A stretch of DNA of 32,000 nt from Alkalilimnicola ehrlichii MLHE-1. Lineage in GTDB: Bacteria; Pseudomonadota; Gammaproteobacteria; Nitrococcales; Halorhodospiraceae. The position numbers and the translations under genes were made by a program. Location of the stretch: NCBI RefSeq assembly GCF_000014785.1, contig NC_008340.1, forward strand, positions 2,010,001-2,042,000, in the 5' to 3' direction. Positions 1 through 7,552 of this stretch are shown here, one piece after another (the first letter of the stretch is position 1; each line of letters opens with the position of its first letter). The notes beneath the pieces were generated by a model. The model was given only the letters and a program-made list of their open reading frames with translations. It did not search any database and was not told the DNA's origin.

Positions 1-146
1 TGTTCGCCATCCTGCTCGGAGGTGGCCGCATCCCCCGGGCTGCCCAGGAGCACATGGACCTTGGTATCCAGACCGTCGAACTCGCCACCCAGGTATTGCG
101 CCAGGCCCTTGCAGACCTGGGCCACGGAGGAGGCCACCAGGGCCAT
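1..146 (-). CDS. Partial CDS (first 48 codons, continues off the left edge). The N-terminus resembles DUF4255 / Pvc16-Afp16-type proteins of contractile injection systems.
   Basis: ATG at 146-144 lies 2 nt after the stop of the upstream ORF and is preceded by GGAGG. My translation is MALVASSVAQVCKGLAQYLGGEFDGLDTKVHVLLGSPGDAATSEQDGE, open to position 1. The family call rests on recalled N-terminal pattern only. Confidence 0.5.
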   Translation of the reverse strand, partial: MALVASSVAQVCKGLAQYLGGEFDGLDTKVHVLLGSPGDAATSEQDGE

Positions 147-148
147 CG

Positions 149-1201
149 TCAAAACCTCCGCAGGTAGTTACGGGAGAGTGCGGCGCGATCCGATGTCGAT
201 GGGCGGCGCCCCTTCCGGGCCGGGGGGTCGGCGTTGACCACCACCACCTCGACCTGGCCGATGCGGACCTGTGGGGTTGACCGGGCCGCATGCGTCGACT
301 CCGGGCCGGGCTCCGGCGCGGGGCCGGCGTGGAAGGCGGCGCCGTCGCCGGAGGGGTCGCCGGACGGCTCCGCCCGGGTGACCGCCTCGACGGGCTCGGG
401 TGCTGCCGCCGGCTCGGGCCGGTCCGCAGTGGCGGTGAACCCGCCCGTCGAGGGCGCCCCGACAGGGGCCGGGCCGGACGCCGGAAACCCCTCAGTGGCC
501 GGGGCCTCCGGCGGGTCGGTCCGGTCGACCCCGCTCGGCGGAGCACCGGTGCCCCGCCGGGGGCGGGTATAGGGTTCAGAAGGGGTGTCGGCTCCCGGAT
601 TCCCTCTCGTTGACCGCTTGCTCACACTGGCGTTTGAGTCAGCTGTCTCCAGTCGTCTTGCGGTTGAAGGACTTTCCTTTTCATTGCCGGTTTCCGTGAC
701 TTCAGCCTTCACGCTCAGTCTTTCCTTTTCCAAAGTCGTCGAAGCACTGTGTACGTCTACGGACCGTGCGTTGTCGTCAACCGTTGCAGACCGATCAACA
801 GATCCTCTTTCACCTGCGATCCCATTGCGGTCACGCACGGCAGTCGCCGGTTTGTTCATCGACCCAGTCTTTCCATTTACCGTAGTTCGACGTTCAACAT
901 ACTGCTCCCCGGCGACGGGGGGCCCGGCCTCTGCCCTGTGACGGGCGCCGGGCAAAGGGAGAGCGGTATTGCCGGAGGGTGCTCTCCCGGCCGGCTTACC
1001 GCGCTCCGACACCTGGGGAGGTCGCCCCTCCCCGGCCTTCTGAAACCGGTACACGGTTGCTGCACCGTCCTCGTCCTCCTCCGGCGGTGGGGCCGGACTC
1101 TCGTCCGGCTCCGCCTCCCCGGCGGGGCTGCGCCAGAGGGTGGTCCCCCCCGGGCGAAGGGGACGGCGCGCGTCCCGCAGAACATCGTGTAAAAAGCGCA
1201 T
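149..1201 (-). CDS. Low-complexity P/A/G/S/T-rich protein with ordered termini. Contractile-injection-locus protein and possible tape-measure-like ruler.
   Basis: 350-aa ORF with ATG and a perfect AAGGAGG SD, 19 nt after the preceding gene. N-terminus MRFLHDVLRDARRPL; C-terminus RIGQVEVVVVN...SRNYLRRF. In operon with sheath and tube. Confidence 0.7.
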   Translation of the reverse strand: MRFLHDVLRDARRPLRPGGTTLWRSPAGEAEPDESPAPPPEEDEDGAATVYRFQKAGEGRPPQVSERGKPAGRAPSGNTALPLPGARHRAEAGPPVAGEQYVERRTTVNGKTGSMNKPATAVRDRNGIAGERGSVDRSATVDDNARSVDVHSASTTLEKERLSVKAEVTETGNEKESPSTARRLETADSNASVSKRSTRGNPGADTPSEPYTRPRRGTGAPPSGVDRTDPPEAPATEGFPASGPAPVGAPSTGGFTATADRPEPAAAPEPVEAVTRAEPSGDPSGDGAAFHAGPAPEPGPESTHAARSTPQVRIGQVEVVVVNADPPARKGRRPSTSDRAALSRNYLRRF

Positions 1202-1220
1202 GCGGCCTCCTTGCGATGGC

Positions 1221-2012
1221 CTATTGCGTCATCCCCCTGGCGCGGTCGATCAGCCTGAGATAGGCCTCGCGCCGTTCCCGCGGAAGGTCCAGGATCTCCC
1301 GCTCGCTCCAGTGATAATGCGTGGCCAGATTGTGCACCTGCGCCAGCAGGCTGTCCGGGGCGCGCCCCAACAGGCTGTAGGGGTTAAGCACCACGCGGTT
1401 GTCGTGTTCGCAGTGCGGGCACGGCGCCTGCGCCTGGCTGACCACCCCGGGCGAGACGGCGTCCATGGCCCGGTCGACGGCCTCGTGCCCCGCCTCACCC
1501 AACTCGGCCACGTCGGCCCCACTGGGGGCGAGCAGGCAGCGCTGCAACAGGGCCTCCACATCACCGGCCTCGGCCAACGACTCCTGGTCAGCGCCGTTGG
1601 GCAGGCGAAAGCGCCAGTTCCGGCCCTGCCAGTCCACCGCCACCTCCGGAAAGGTCGGCCCCGCCGGATCGGTGGGCAGGCAGGCCAGGTCGAGCTGAAA
1701 GTCGAAGGCCTCGCCACAGCCGGCACAGCGGGCCGACATCCAGGCGTGGCGCTCACCAAAGTGCACCGCCAGCGCACGCATGAGGTGCTGGCGGTCGGCC
1801 ACGCACAGGCGGCGCACCCGCTCGGTGCTCGCCGGCCCGCCGGCCAGCGCCTCCAGCGCGGTGGCCAACACCGCGGTCACCGCCGCGGGGGTGGAAGGCG
1901 CGGTCCGGGCCGCTTCGAGCAATGCCATCTCCAGCGCCCCGTCCACCGGCTTGAAGCGGAAGTCCCGTCGCCGCTCGCCCGCCTCCAACAGTCCTCCCGG
2001 CAGCCGTTCCAT
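1221..2012 (-). CDS. Uncharacterised protein of the tail-like operon with two separated CxxC pairs (zinc-ribbon-like).
   Basis: 263-aa ORF with a GGTGGAGG SD, 35 nt downstream of the tube gene. Motifs CAGC and CPHC; C-terminal HYHWSEREILDLPRERREAYLRLI. Confidence 0.75.
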   Translation of the reverse strand: MERLPGGLLEAGERRRDFRFKPVDGALEMALLEAARTAPSTPAAVTAVLATALEALAGGPASTERVRRLCVADRQHLMRALAVHFGERHAWMSARCAGCGEAFDFQLDLACLPTDPAGPTFPEVAVDWQGRNWRFRLPNGADQESLAEAGDVEALLQRCLLAPSGADVAELGEAGHEAVDRAMDAVSPGVVSQAQAPCPHCEHDNRVVLNPYSLLGRAPDSLLAQVHNLATHYHWSEREILDLPRERREAYLRLIDRARGMTQ

Positions 2013-2047
2013 AGCTCAACGCCTCCACCCGTTATCGGGTTGCGAAA

Positions 2048-2557
2048 TCAGGTCTCTGCAGGCTCCGGGACCGACGTGTCGCGCTGCCAGCCTTCGTGCT
2101 GCAGCGTGATGGTCTGGATGCCCACGGCGTTCATGGTGCCGGCGTCCAGCTCCGGTAAGGCCTGGAACTCGGAGACCCAGGCCCGGAACACCTTGTAGGA
2201 GATGGCTACCTGACCCTGCAGATTGAGCACGTTGATGATGATGTCCTTGCGGAAATTCCGCAGCGACATGCCGCCATCACCCTCGATGTTGTTCACCAGG
2301 TTGGCCCAGTTCTCGAACACCGGGTCGTGGGTCAGGCCCTGCTCCAGGGTCACCGCCTCGTAGCTGGTGCCGCCCGGAAGCTGGCGCTCGTGGGAAGGGT
2401 CACCCGCGGTGCGCCAGGCCACCGACTCGGTGGATTTTTTCAGTGCGCTCATCTTCTTAAGCCCGGCGACGGGCTGGCCGTCGATCAGGATCTGGAACTT
2501 GAACGTGCGGTACGGATCGTGACGGTGGGTGTTCACCGGAAAAAGCGGGGCTGCCAT
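2048..2557 (-). CDS. Phage tail tube protein, T4 gp19-like (contractile tail / eCIS inner tube).
   Basis: 169 aa. DPYRTFKFQILIDGQPVAGLKKMSALK... is typical of the conserved phage tail region protein family. GGGAG SD; 12 nt after the sheath stop. Confidence 0.92.
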   Translation of the reverse strand: MAAPLFPVNTHRHDPYRTFKFQILIDGQPVAGLKKMSALKKSTESVAWRTAGDPSHERQLPGGTSYEAVTLEQGLTHDPVFENWANLVNNIEGDGGMSLRNFRKDIIINVLNLQGQVAISYKVFRAWVSEFQALPELDAGTMNAVGIQTITLQHEGWQRDTSVPEPAET

Positions 2558-2569
2558 GAGTATGCTCCC

Positions 2570-4144
2570 TTACTGTTGGCCGACTTTCTGCTGAATGCGC
2601 ACGATGACGAACTCCGCCGGCTTGAGCGGCGCAAAGCCCACCTCGACGATCACCTGGCCGCGATCAATATCGCCCTGGCGCATGGTCTGCCCGAGACCGC
2701 AGCGCACAAAGTAGGCATCACTGGCCTTCTCACCCTGGAAGGCCCCCGAGCGGTGGAGCCCGCCCAGGAAGGATTCGATATTCGTGCGTAGGGCCGACCA
2801 CAGGCGGTGGTCGTTCGGCTCGAAGACCGCCCAATGGATGCCGTGAAAGATGCTCTCCTCGATGAAAATGGCGGTGCGCCGCACCGGGATGTAGCGCCAC
2901 TCCGGGTTGGCGCGGGTGGCCCGCGTGCGCGAGCCCCAAATCACCGATCCGTAGTTGGGCAACTGGCGCAGGGCGTTGACACCCAACGGGTTGAGGTACT
3001 GCTGCTCGGCGTCCTCGACCGTGTAGAGCAGCTTTCTGATGCCCAGAAGGTTCGTCTCAACCCCCGCCGGGGCCTTCCACACCCCCCGACGGCCGTCCGT
3101 TCGTGCCCACTGCCCTGCGGCAAAGCCGCCCGCCGGCGCCAGCACCATCCGTTCCGCGCCCGGGTTGGTGTCGGGGTTGTAGTGCGGGTTGCTGACCAGC
3201 GCCCAGGGGTAATAGGTGGCCGCGTACGTCGAGGTGGTCAGCGCCAGGTCGGTCACGTCCTTTTCTTTTTCCAGCTCCTGGCCGGGAGGCAGATCGAAGA
3301 TGACCATGCGGTTTTTCATGGTCTCGCAATGACTGATGGCGCTTTCAATGATCCCCTGCCCTGCGCCTCCCCAGGTCTGATCGGGCAGCAGAATGATGTT
3401 GATATCCCGGTATTTCAGAAGCTTCGAAAAGATACCGGTGTATTCATTGGCGCCACCGGGTGTCCCGTCCTCGCCGCCGGTCATCTCCACGCTGACACCG
3501 TCCGTTCCGGCAGCGTTAATGACCGCGACCGCATCGGCGATATCGTCCTCGTCGCTGACCCTTAGCAGCTCCGAGCCCTCCTTCAGGACGGTGGTGAGAT
3601 AATCGTTATCCCCCTTCTCCAGCGAGACGTCGGTGAAAGTCTCGTCGGCGACGAAGTCATCGCCATCCCCGCGGCCGATCTCCACGGTGAAACGGGAATC
3701 GCTGGCGTCCGGCTTGGCTGTGAGGCGGACCCGCAGCCGGTTGCCCCAGGTTCCGGGATTGACCGCCTCGAACCCAATCAGGTCGGTGCCGGAGTCCTCC
3801 AGTGCACCGTCGGCCACCTTTGTGTCACTGGCGGTGCGGATGATGTAGGCCTTGCCCCCGCCATTCTGAAAATAGGCGAACACCGACAGGCCGAGGGTGT
3901 CGATCTCCTGGCCGAGCCTGGCATTCTTCATCGAATCAATACCGCTAACCGAGTCCTCTACCTCGCGGATGCCCCCGAAGATGTTCTCGTAGTCTTCCCA
4001 ACTGGTGATGAAGGTCGGTTCGTCGACCGGCCCCCGGGTGGTGTAGCCGATGAAAGCGGCGGTGGACGTCCCTGCCGCGTCAATAGGCCTGGAACCACTG
4101 GGTATTTCCTCGATATAGACCCCAGGGTGTAAATAGGAAGCCAT
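2570..4144 (-). CDS. Contractile phage tail sheath family protein.
   Basis: 524 aa. N-terminal MASYLHPGVYIEEIPSGSRPI..AGTSTAAFIG and C-terminal sheath-type region. AAAGGAGAAGG SD. Confidence 0.95.
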   Translation of the reverse strand: MASYLHPGVYIEEIPSGSRPIDAAGTSTAAFIGYTTRGPVDEPTFITSWEDYENIFGGIREVEDSVSGIDSMKNARLGQEIDTLGLSVFAYFQNGGGKAYIIRTASDTKVADGALEDSGTDLIGFEAVNPGTWGNRLRVRLTAKPDASDSRFTVEIGRGDGDDFVADETFTDVSLEKGDNDYLTTVLKEGSELLRVSDEDDIADAVAVINAAGTDGVSVEMTGGEDGTPGGANEYTGIFSKLLKYRDINIILLPDQTWGGAGQGIIESAISHCETMKNRMVIFDLPPGQELEKEKDVTDLALTTSTYAATYYPWALVSNPHYNPDTNPGAERMVLAPAGGFAAGQWARTDGRRGVWKAPAGVETNLLGIRKLLYTVEDAEQQYLNPLGVNALRQLPNYGSVIWGSRTRATRANPEWRYIPVRRTAIFIEESIFHGIHWAVFEPNDHRLWSALRTNIESFLGGLHRSGAFQGEKASDAYFVRCGLGQTMRQGDIDRGQVIVEVGFAPLKPAEFVIVRIQQKVGQQ

Positions 4145-4237
4145 AATACCTTCTCCTTTCGCCGTTTCCCCGACACGTGCCCGGTGCCGCCCTCGGACCC
4201 ATGGGGACTTATTATTAATGCGCCTTTTCTTGCTTCG

Positions 4238-4265
4238 AGTCTAGGACAGCTATCGCCGCCGTCAA
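4238..4265 (-). promoter_or_regulatory. Candidate sigma70-type promoter of the sheath operon (TTGACG-16 nt-TAGACT on the minus strand).
   Basis: Read on the minus strand as ttgacg gcggcgatagctgtcc tagact, inside the only AT-rich stretch of this region and about 95 nt upstream of the sheath ATG. Pattern match only. Confidence 0.3.
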
Positions 4266-4534
4266 CGAATGCATTTTCATTATTTTTAAAGGGTTATAAG
4301 GGGCGGTAGAGCGCAAACGCCCATGGGGGCGGTTTCCTTACTAAAGGCAGATAAATAGCTATTACCTATCGATCATTGAATACGAATAGAATTAAGAAAA
4401 CACAGAGAAGTTCCGCCCGCCGTCAGTGAAGAACGTCGCCTCCAATCATTACAGGCCACCCTCCCCCGTCATCGCCAGGGCCGAAGGCCCGTGGCGATCC
4501 AGGGCGGTAGACTGCCACGTCGGCTTCGCCTCCT

Positions 4535-4668
4535 CGCAGTGACGGTGGGGGGTGGCCTTTCTCGCAGTGACGGTGGGGGGTGGCCTTTCCCGCAGTGACG
4601 GTGGGGGTGGCCTTTCCCGCAGTGATGGTGGGGGTGGCCCTTCGCGCAGTGATGGTGGGGGCGGGCGA
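4535..4668. repeat. Tandem repeat, about 4.8 copies of a 27/28-bp unit CGCAGTGA(C/T)GGTGGGGG(G)TGGCC(T/C)TTC.
   Basis: Copies at 4535-4562 (28), 4563-4590 (28), 4591-4617 (27) and 4618-4644 (27), plus a partial copy from 4645. It abuts the stop codon of the UbiA-family gene. Copies differ in G-run length (G6 vs G5). Confidence 0.9.
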
Positions 4669-5565
4669 TCAGACCAGCAGCAACCCCAGCGCCAGCAGCA
4701 GTAAGGTGGTGAGCACCACAGCCACATTCACCCCCAACCAGGGCGTCAGCGCTTGCGGGCGACGCGCCAGGCGCATGACCCGCGCCGCCACCAGTCCGGC
4801 GACGGGCATGGGCAGCAGGGCCAACAGCAACCCCGCTGACAACCCGCCCACCCCCACGGCAGCCACAGGCGCGACGTAGGCGCCGCCCACCAGCACCGCG
4901 AACACCCGGGCGGCCCGCGGGCGACCCAGCCGGATCGGCAGGTGGCCGCGCTGGACCGCCCGGTCCGCCTCCACGTCCGGGAACTGGTTGATCAGCAGCA
5001 GCGCGCTGACCAGACACAGCGGTGTCAGGGCCACCCAAAACAGTTCAGGGTTGAAACGGGCGGTGAGCACATAGTGGGTGCCGATCTGGATCAGGGCGAA
5101 GCCAAGGCCGGGGGCGATCAGACACAGCAGTGCGGAGCGGGTGATCAGTGGCGTATAGGCGACCATCAGGACCACACCCAGCAGGCCGACGAGCAACAGG
5201 CCGGGCCCCGCCTGTAACGTCAAATAAACGCCGAGGGCGATGCTCAGGCCCACCCCGGCCAGCGCCGCCATCAACACCGCTGGCGCGGCGGCCGGCTGGG
5301 CCGGCAGCGCGCCGCTGCCCCCGCTGAAGGGGGTGCGGGTGGTCCGCAGATCCAGCCCGGAGCGGAAATCATGGTACTCATTCAGCAGGTTGGTGGCGCC
5401 ATGCGCGAGCAAGGCGCCCAGCACCACCAGGGTGGCAAGCCGCGGGTCCGGAGTGACGCCGACCTCCACGGCCGTAGCGATGCCCAGCAGCACGCACAGG
5501 GGGGATAACAGCAGAAACGGGGGCCGCATCGCCCGCACCACCCCCTTCAACACACCGGATGCCAT
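4669..5565 (-). CDS. UbiA-family aromatic prenyltransferase (MenA-like).
   Basis: Polytopic membrane protein with NLLNEYHDFRSGLD and NQFPDVEADRAVQRG Asp-rich motifs. I prefer ATG at 5565 (AAGGAG upstream) over the GTG at 5631 used in the ORF track. Confidence 0.85.
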   Translation of the reverse strand: MASGVLKGVVRAMRPPFLLLSPLCVLLGIATAVEVGVTPDPRLATLVVLGALLAHGATNLLNEYHDFRSGLDLRTTRTPFSGGSGALPAQPAAAPAVLMAALAGVGLSIALGVYLTLQAGPGLLLVGLLGVVLMVAYTPLITRSALLCLIAPGLGFALIQIGTHYVLTARFNPELFWVALTPLCLVSALLLINQFPDVEADRAVQRGHLPIRLGRPRAARVFAVLVGGAYVAPVAAVGVGGLSAGLLLALLPMPVAGLVAARVMRLARRPQALTPWLGVNVAVVLTTLLLLALGLLLV

Positions 5566-5633
5566 TCCCTTCCCACTCCTTACACCCTGCTCTCCATAGC
5601 CTGGCCATGGCGCCTCCGTGCATACTGTCACGA

Positions 5634-6389
5634 ATGATTGAGTCCTGGATACCCGCCACGCTCTCGCCCGCGATTGCCGGTGGCCTCATTCTCGCCGCCG
5701 CCCTCACCTCGATGATCACGGCCGCACTGGGGGCGGGTGGTGGGGTCGTGCTGTTGGCGCTGCTGGCGCTCACGCTCCCGGCGGGGGCGATCATCCCCGT
5801 TCACGGCCTGGTGCAACTGGGCTCCAACGCCGGCCGTGCACTCATGATGTGGCGCCATATCGACCTGCGCACCATCGCCGCTTTCGCGCCCGGGGTGGTG
5901 CTGGGCGCCTGGCTCGCCAGCCGGCTGCTGGTGGGCCTGCCGCTGGCCACCATCCAGATCGCCATCGCCGGCTTCATCCTGCTGTTGGTCTGGGGGCCGC
6001 CGGTGCCCCGGCGCGCGCTTGGCGCCACCGGCACCTTCCTGGCCTCCACCGCCACCAGTTTCCTCTCGCTGTTCGTCGGTGCTACCGGCCCGCTGGTGGC
6101 CGCCTTCATCAAACAGCAGCAGGCCAGCCACCGGCTCACCACCGTCGCCACCTTCGCTGCTGCCATGACGCTCCAACATGCGCCCAAGGCGGTGGTCTTC
6201 GGCTTCGCCGGCTTTGCCTTCCGGGACTGGATTGGCCTGATCGGGGTGATGATCATCGCCGGCGCCATCGGCACCTGGGTGGGCATCCACCTGCTGCGCC
6301 GCTTCAGCGACCAGCGCTTCCACCGGGTGTTCCAGGTCCTGCTCACCCTGCTGGCCCTGCGCCTGGCCTGGCAGGCGCTTTGGGGTTAG
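5634..6389 (+). CDS. TauE/SafE (DUF81) family sulfite/anion exporter-like membrane protein.
   Basis: Multi-TM protein with GAGGGVVLLALL near the N-terminus and internal repeat architecture. The start is uncertain (5559, 5607 or 5634); I chose 5634 (MIESWIP...). Confidence 0.75.
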   Translation: MIESWIPATLSPAIAGGLILAAALTSMITAALGAGGGVVLLALLALTLPAGAIIPVHGLVQLGSNAGRALMMWRHIDLRTIAAFAPGVVLGAWLASRLLVGLPLATIQIAIAGFILLLVWGPPVPRRALGATGTFLASTATSFLSLFVGATGPLVAAFIKQQQASHRLTTVATFAAAMTLQHAPKAVVFGFAGFAFRDWIGLIGVMIIAGAIGTWVGIHLLRRFSDQRFHRVFQVLLTLLALRLAWQALWG

Positions 6390-7516
6390 GCCGCCTCAGG
6401 GCTGTCCTGGATCAACGCCAGCAATTCCCCGCGCACGGCCATGGCGTCCTGGTAGCCCAGGTCGATGAGCTCGCGGCAGTATTCCGCTTCGAACAGCAGG
6501 TAGCTGGGCAGCCGGCCCGGGCCCCAGGCGCCGACGCCGCGGAACAGGGCCCGCACGCTGGGCGGCACCCGGTGCATGTGGCGCGAGCCGATCTCCCGCA
6601 GGTCGGTGCTGGGCTGGATCTCCAGCCAACGGATGGGCTTCAGGCCCACGGCCGCCCGGTGTTCCGGCGCGACCTGGCGCAGCGTCCGGTTGATGCGTTC
6701 CAGCCGTTCCAGGTCGGTCTGCAGGTGGTCCATAAAGATGATATCCAGCAGGGCGCCGCCGATATCCCCCATGGAGGGATAGGGCACATCGGCGGGCGGC
6801 TCCGGATCGGGGTGGGCATCCCGGGTGCCGATAATCAACAGCCGGTCCGCGCCCAGGCGGATAGCGGGGCTGAGCGGCGTCGTCTGACGCAGGCCACCGT
6901 CGCCGAAGTATTCGTGACCCACGCGCCGGGCGGGGAAGATGAAGGGCAGTGCGCTTGAGGCCAGCAGGTGCTGCACGCCGAGTCGCACTGGCCGACCCAC
7001 CCGCTTGCCCTTCAGCCAGCCCTCCACATCCGGTGCGGCCTGAAAGAACGTCACCGCCCGTCCGGAGGTATAGCCCGCCCCGGTCACCCCCACAGCACGC
7101 AGCGCGCCGCGGTGGATGGCCATACGGATGCCGTCCAGCGGCAGGTTGCGGCGCAGCAGTTCGGCCAGGGGTTCGTTGTCGAGCAGTGAACGCGGGTTGT
7201 GACCGCCCAGCCCCCCCAGCGCCATGGCCGCCATCCAGTGCAGCCCGGTAGTGAGGTTGTGCCGCCAGCCGGTGCGGTAGATGTGCTGGCAGCGGAAGTT
7301 GGCCCAGACGGCCTCCATATTCGCCACGCCGCGTTGGAAATGGGTGGCATAACAGGCCAGCACTGCGGCGTTGATCGCGCCCGCCGAGGTGCCGATGATG
7401 ACTGGAAAGGGATTGCCGCGGTCCCTGGGCGTGAGCGCCGCCACGGCCTTCAGCACGCCCACCTGATAGGCGCCGCGCGCGCCGCCCCCGGGCAACACCA
7501 GTCCACATCCCGCCAT
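6386..7516 (-). CDS. Patatin-like phospholipase.
   Basis: GGGARGAYQVG oxyanion motif, GTSAG nucleophile elbow, FGDGG Asp motif. 376 aa. The stop overlaps the TauE stop convergently. Confidence 0.9.
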   Translation of the reverse strand: MAGCGLVLPGGGARGAYQVGVLKAVAALTPRDRGNPFPVIIGTSAGAINAAVLACYATHFQRGVANMEAVWANFRCQHIYRTGWRHNLTTGLHWMAAMALGGLGGHNPRSLLDNEPLAELLRRNLPLDGIRMAIHRGALRAVGVTGAGYTSGRAVTFFQAAPDVEGWLKGKRVGRPVRLGVQHLLASSALPFIFPARRVGHEYFGDGGLRQTTPLSPAIRLGADRLLIIGTRDAHPDPEPPADVPYPSMGDIGGALLDIIFMDHLQTDLERLERINRTLRQVAPEHRAAVGLKPIRWLEIQPSTDLREIGSRHMHRVPPSVRALFRGVGAWGPGRLPSYLLFEAEYCRELIDLGYQDAMAVRGELLALIQDSPEAA

Positions 7517-7552
7517 CGGCTTCCCGCCTGTTGCTTGCCGCGGCGGCTCTGA

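Noticed and set aside
1140-2198. 352-aa plus-strand ORF (with many similar ones at 234..572, 2807..3565, 5849..6958 and 7531..7995).
   Set aside because: It is antisense or out of frame to well-supported genes. Its R/G/P/A-rich composition is typical of spurious ORFs in high-GC DNA, and it has no SD or recognisable motifs.
4535-4668. Tandem repeat as a CRISPR array.
   Set aside because: The units are directly adjacent with no spacers, the unit is not palindromic in the CRISPR manner, and no cas genes are present.
4449-5038. ORFs 4449..4727 and 4469..5038 encoding PPPPSLRER or HHHCxKGHP repeats.
   Set aside because: Both begin inside and out of frame with the UbiA-family gene. The repeat frames are broken by the 27- versus 28-bp unit lengths. 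I kept them only as a note under the repeat finding.
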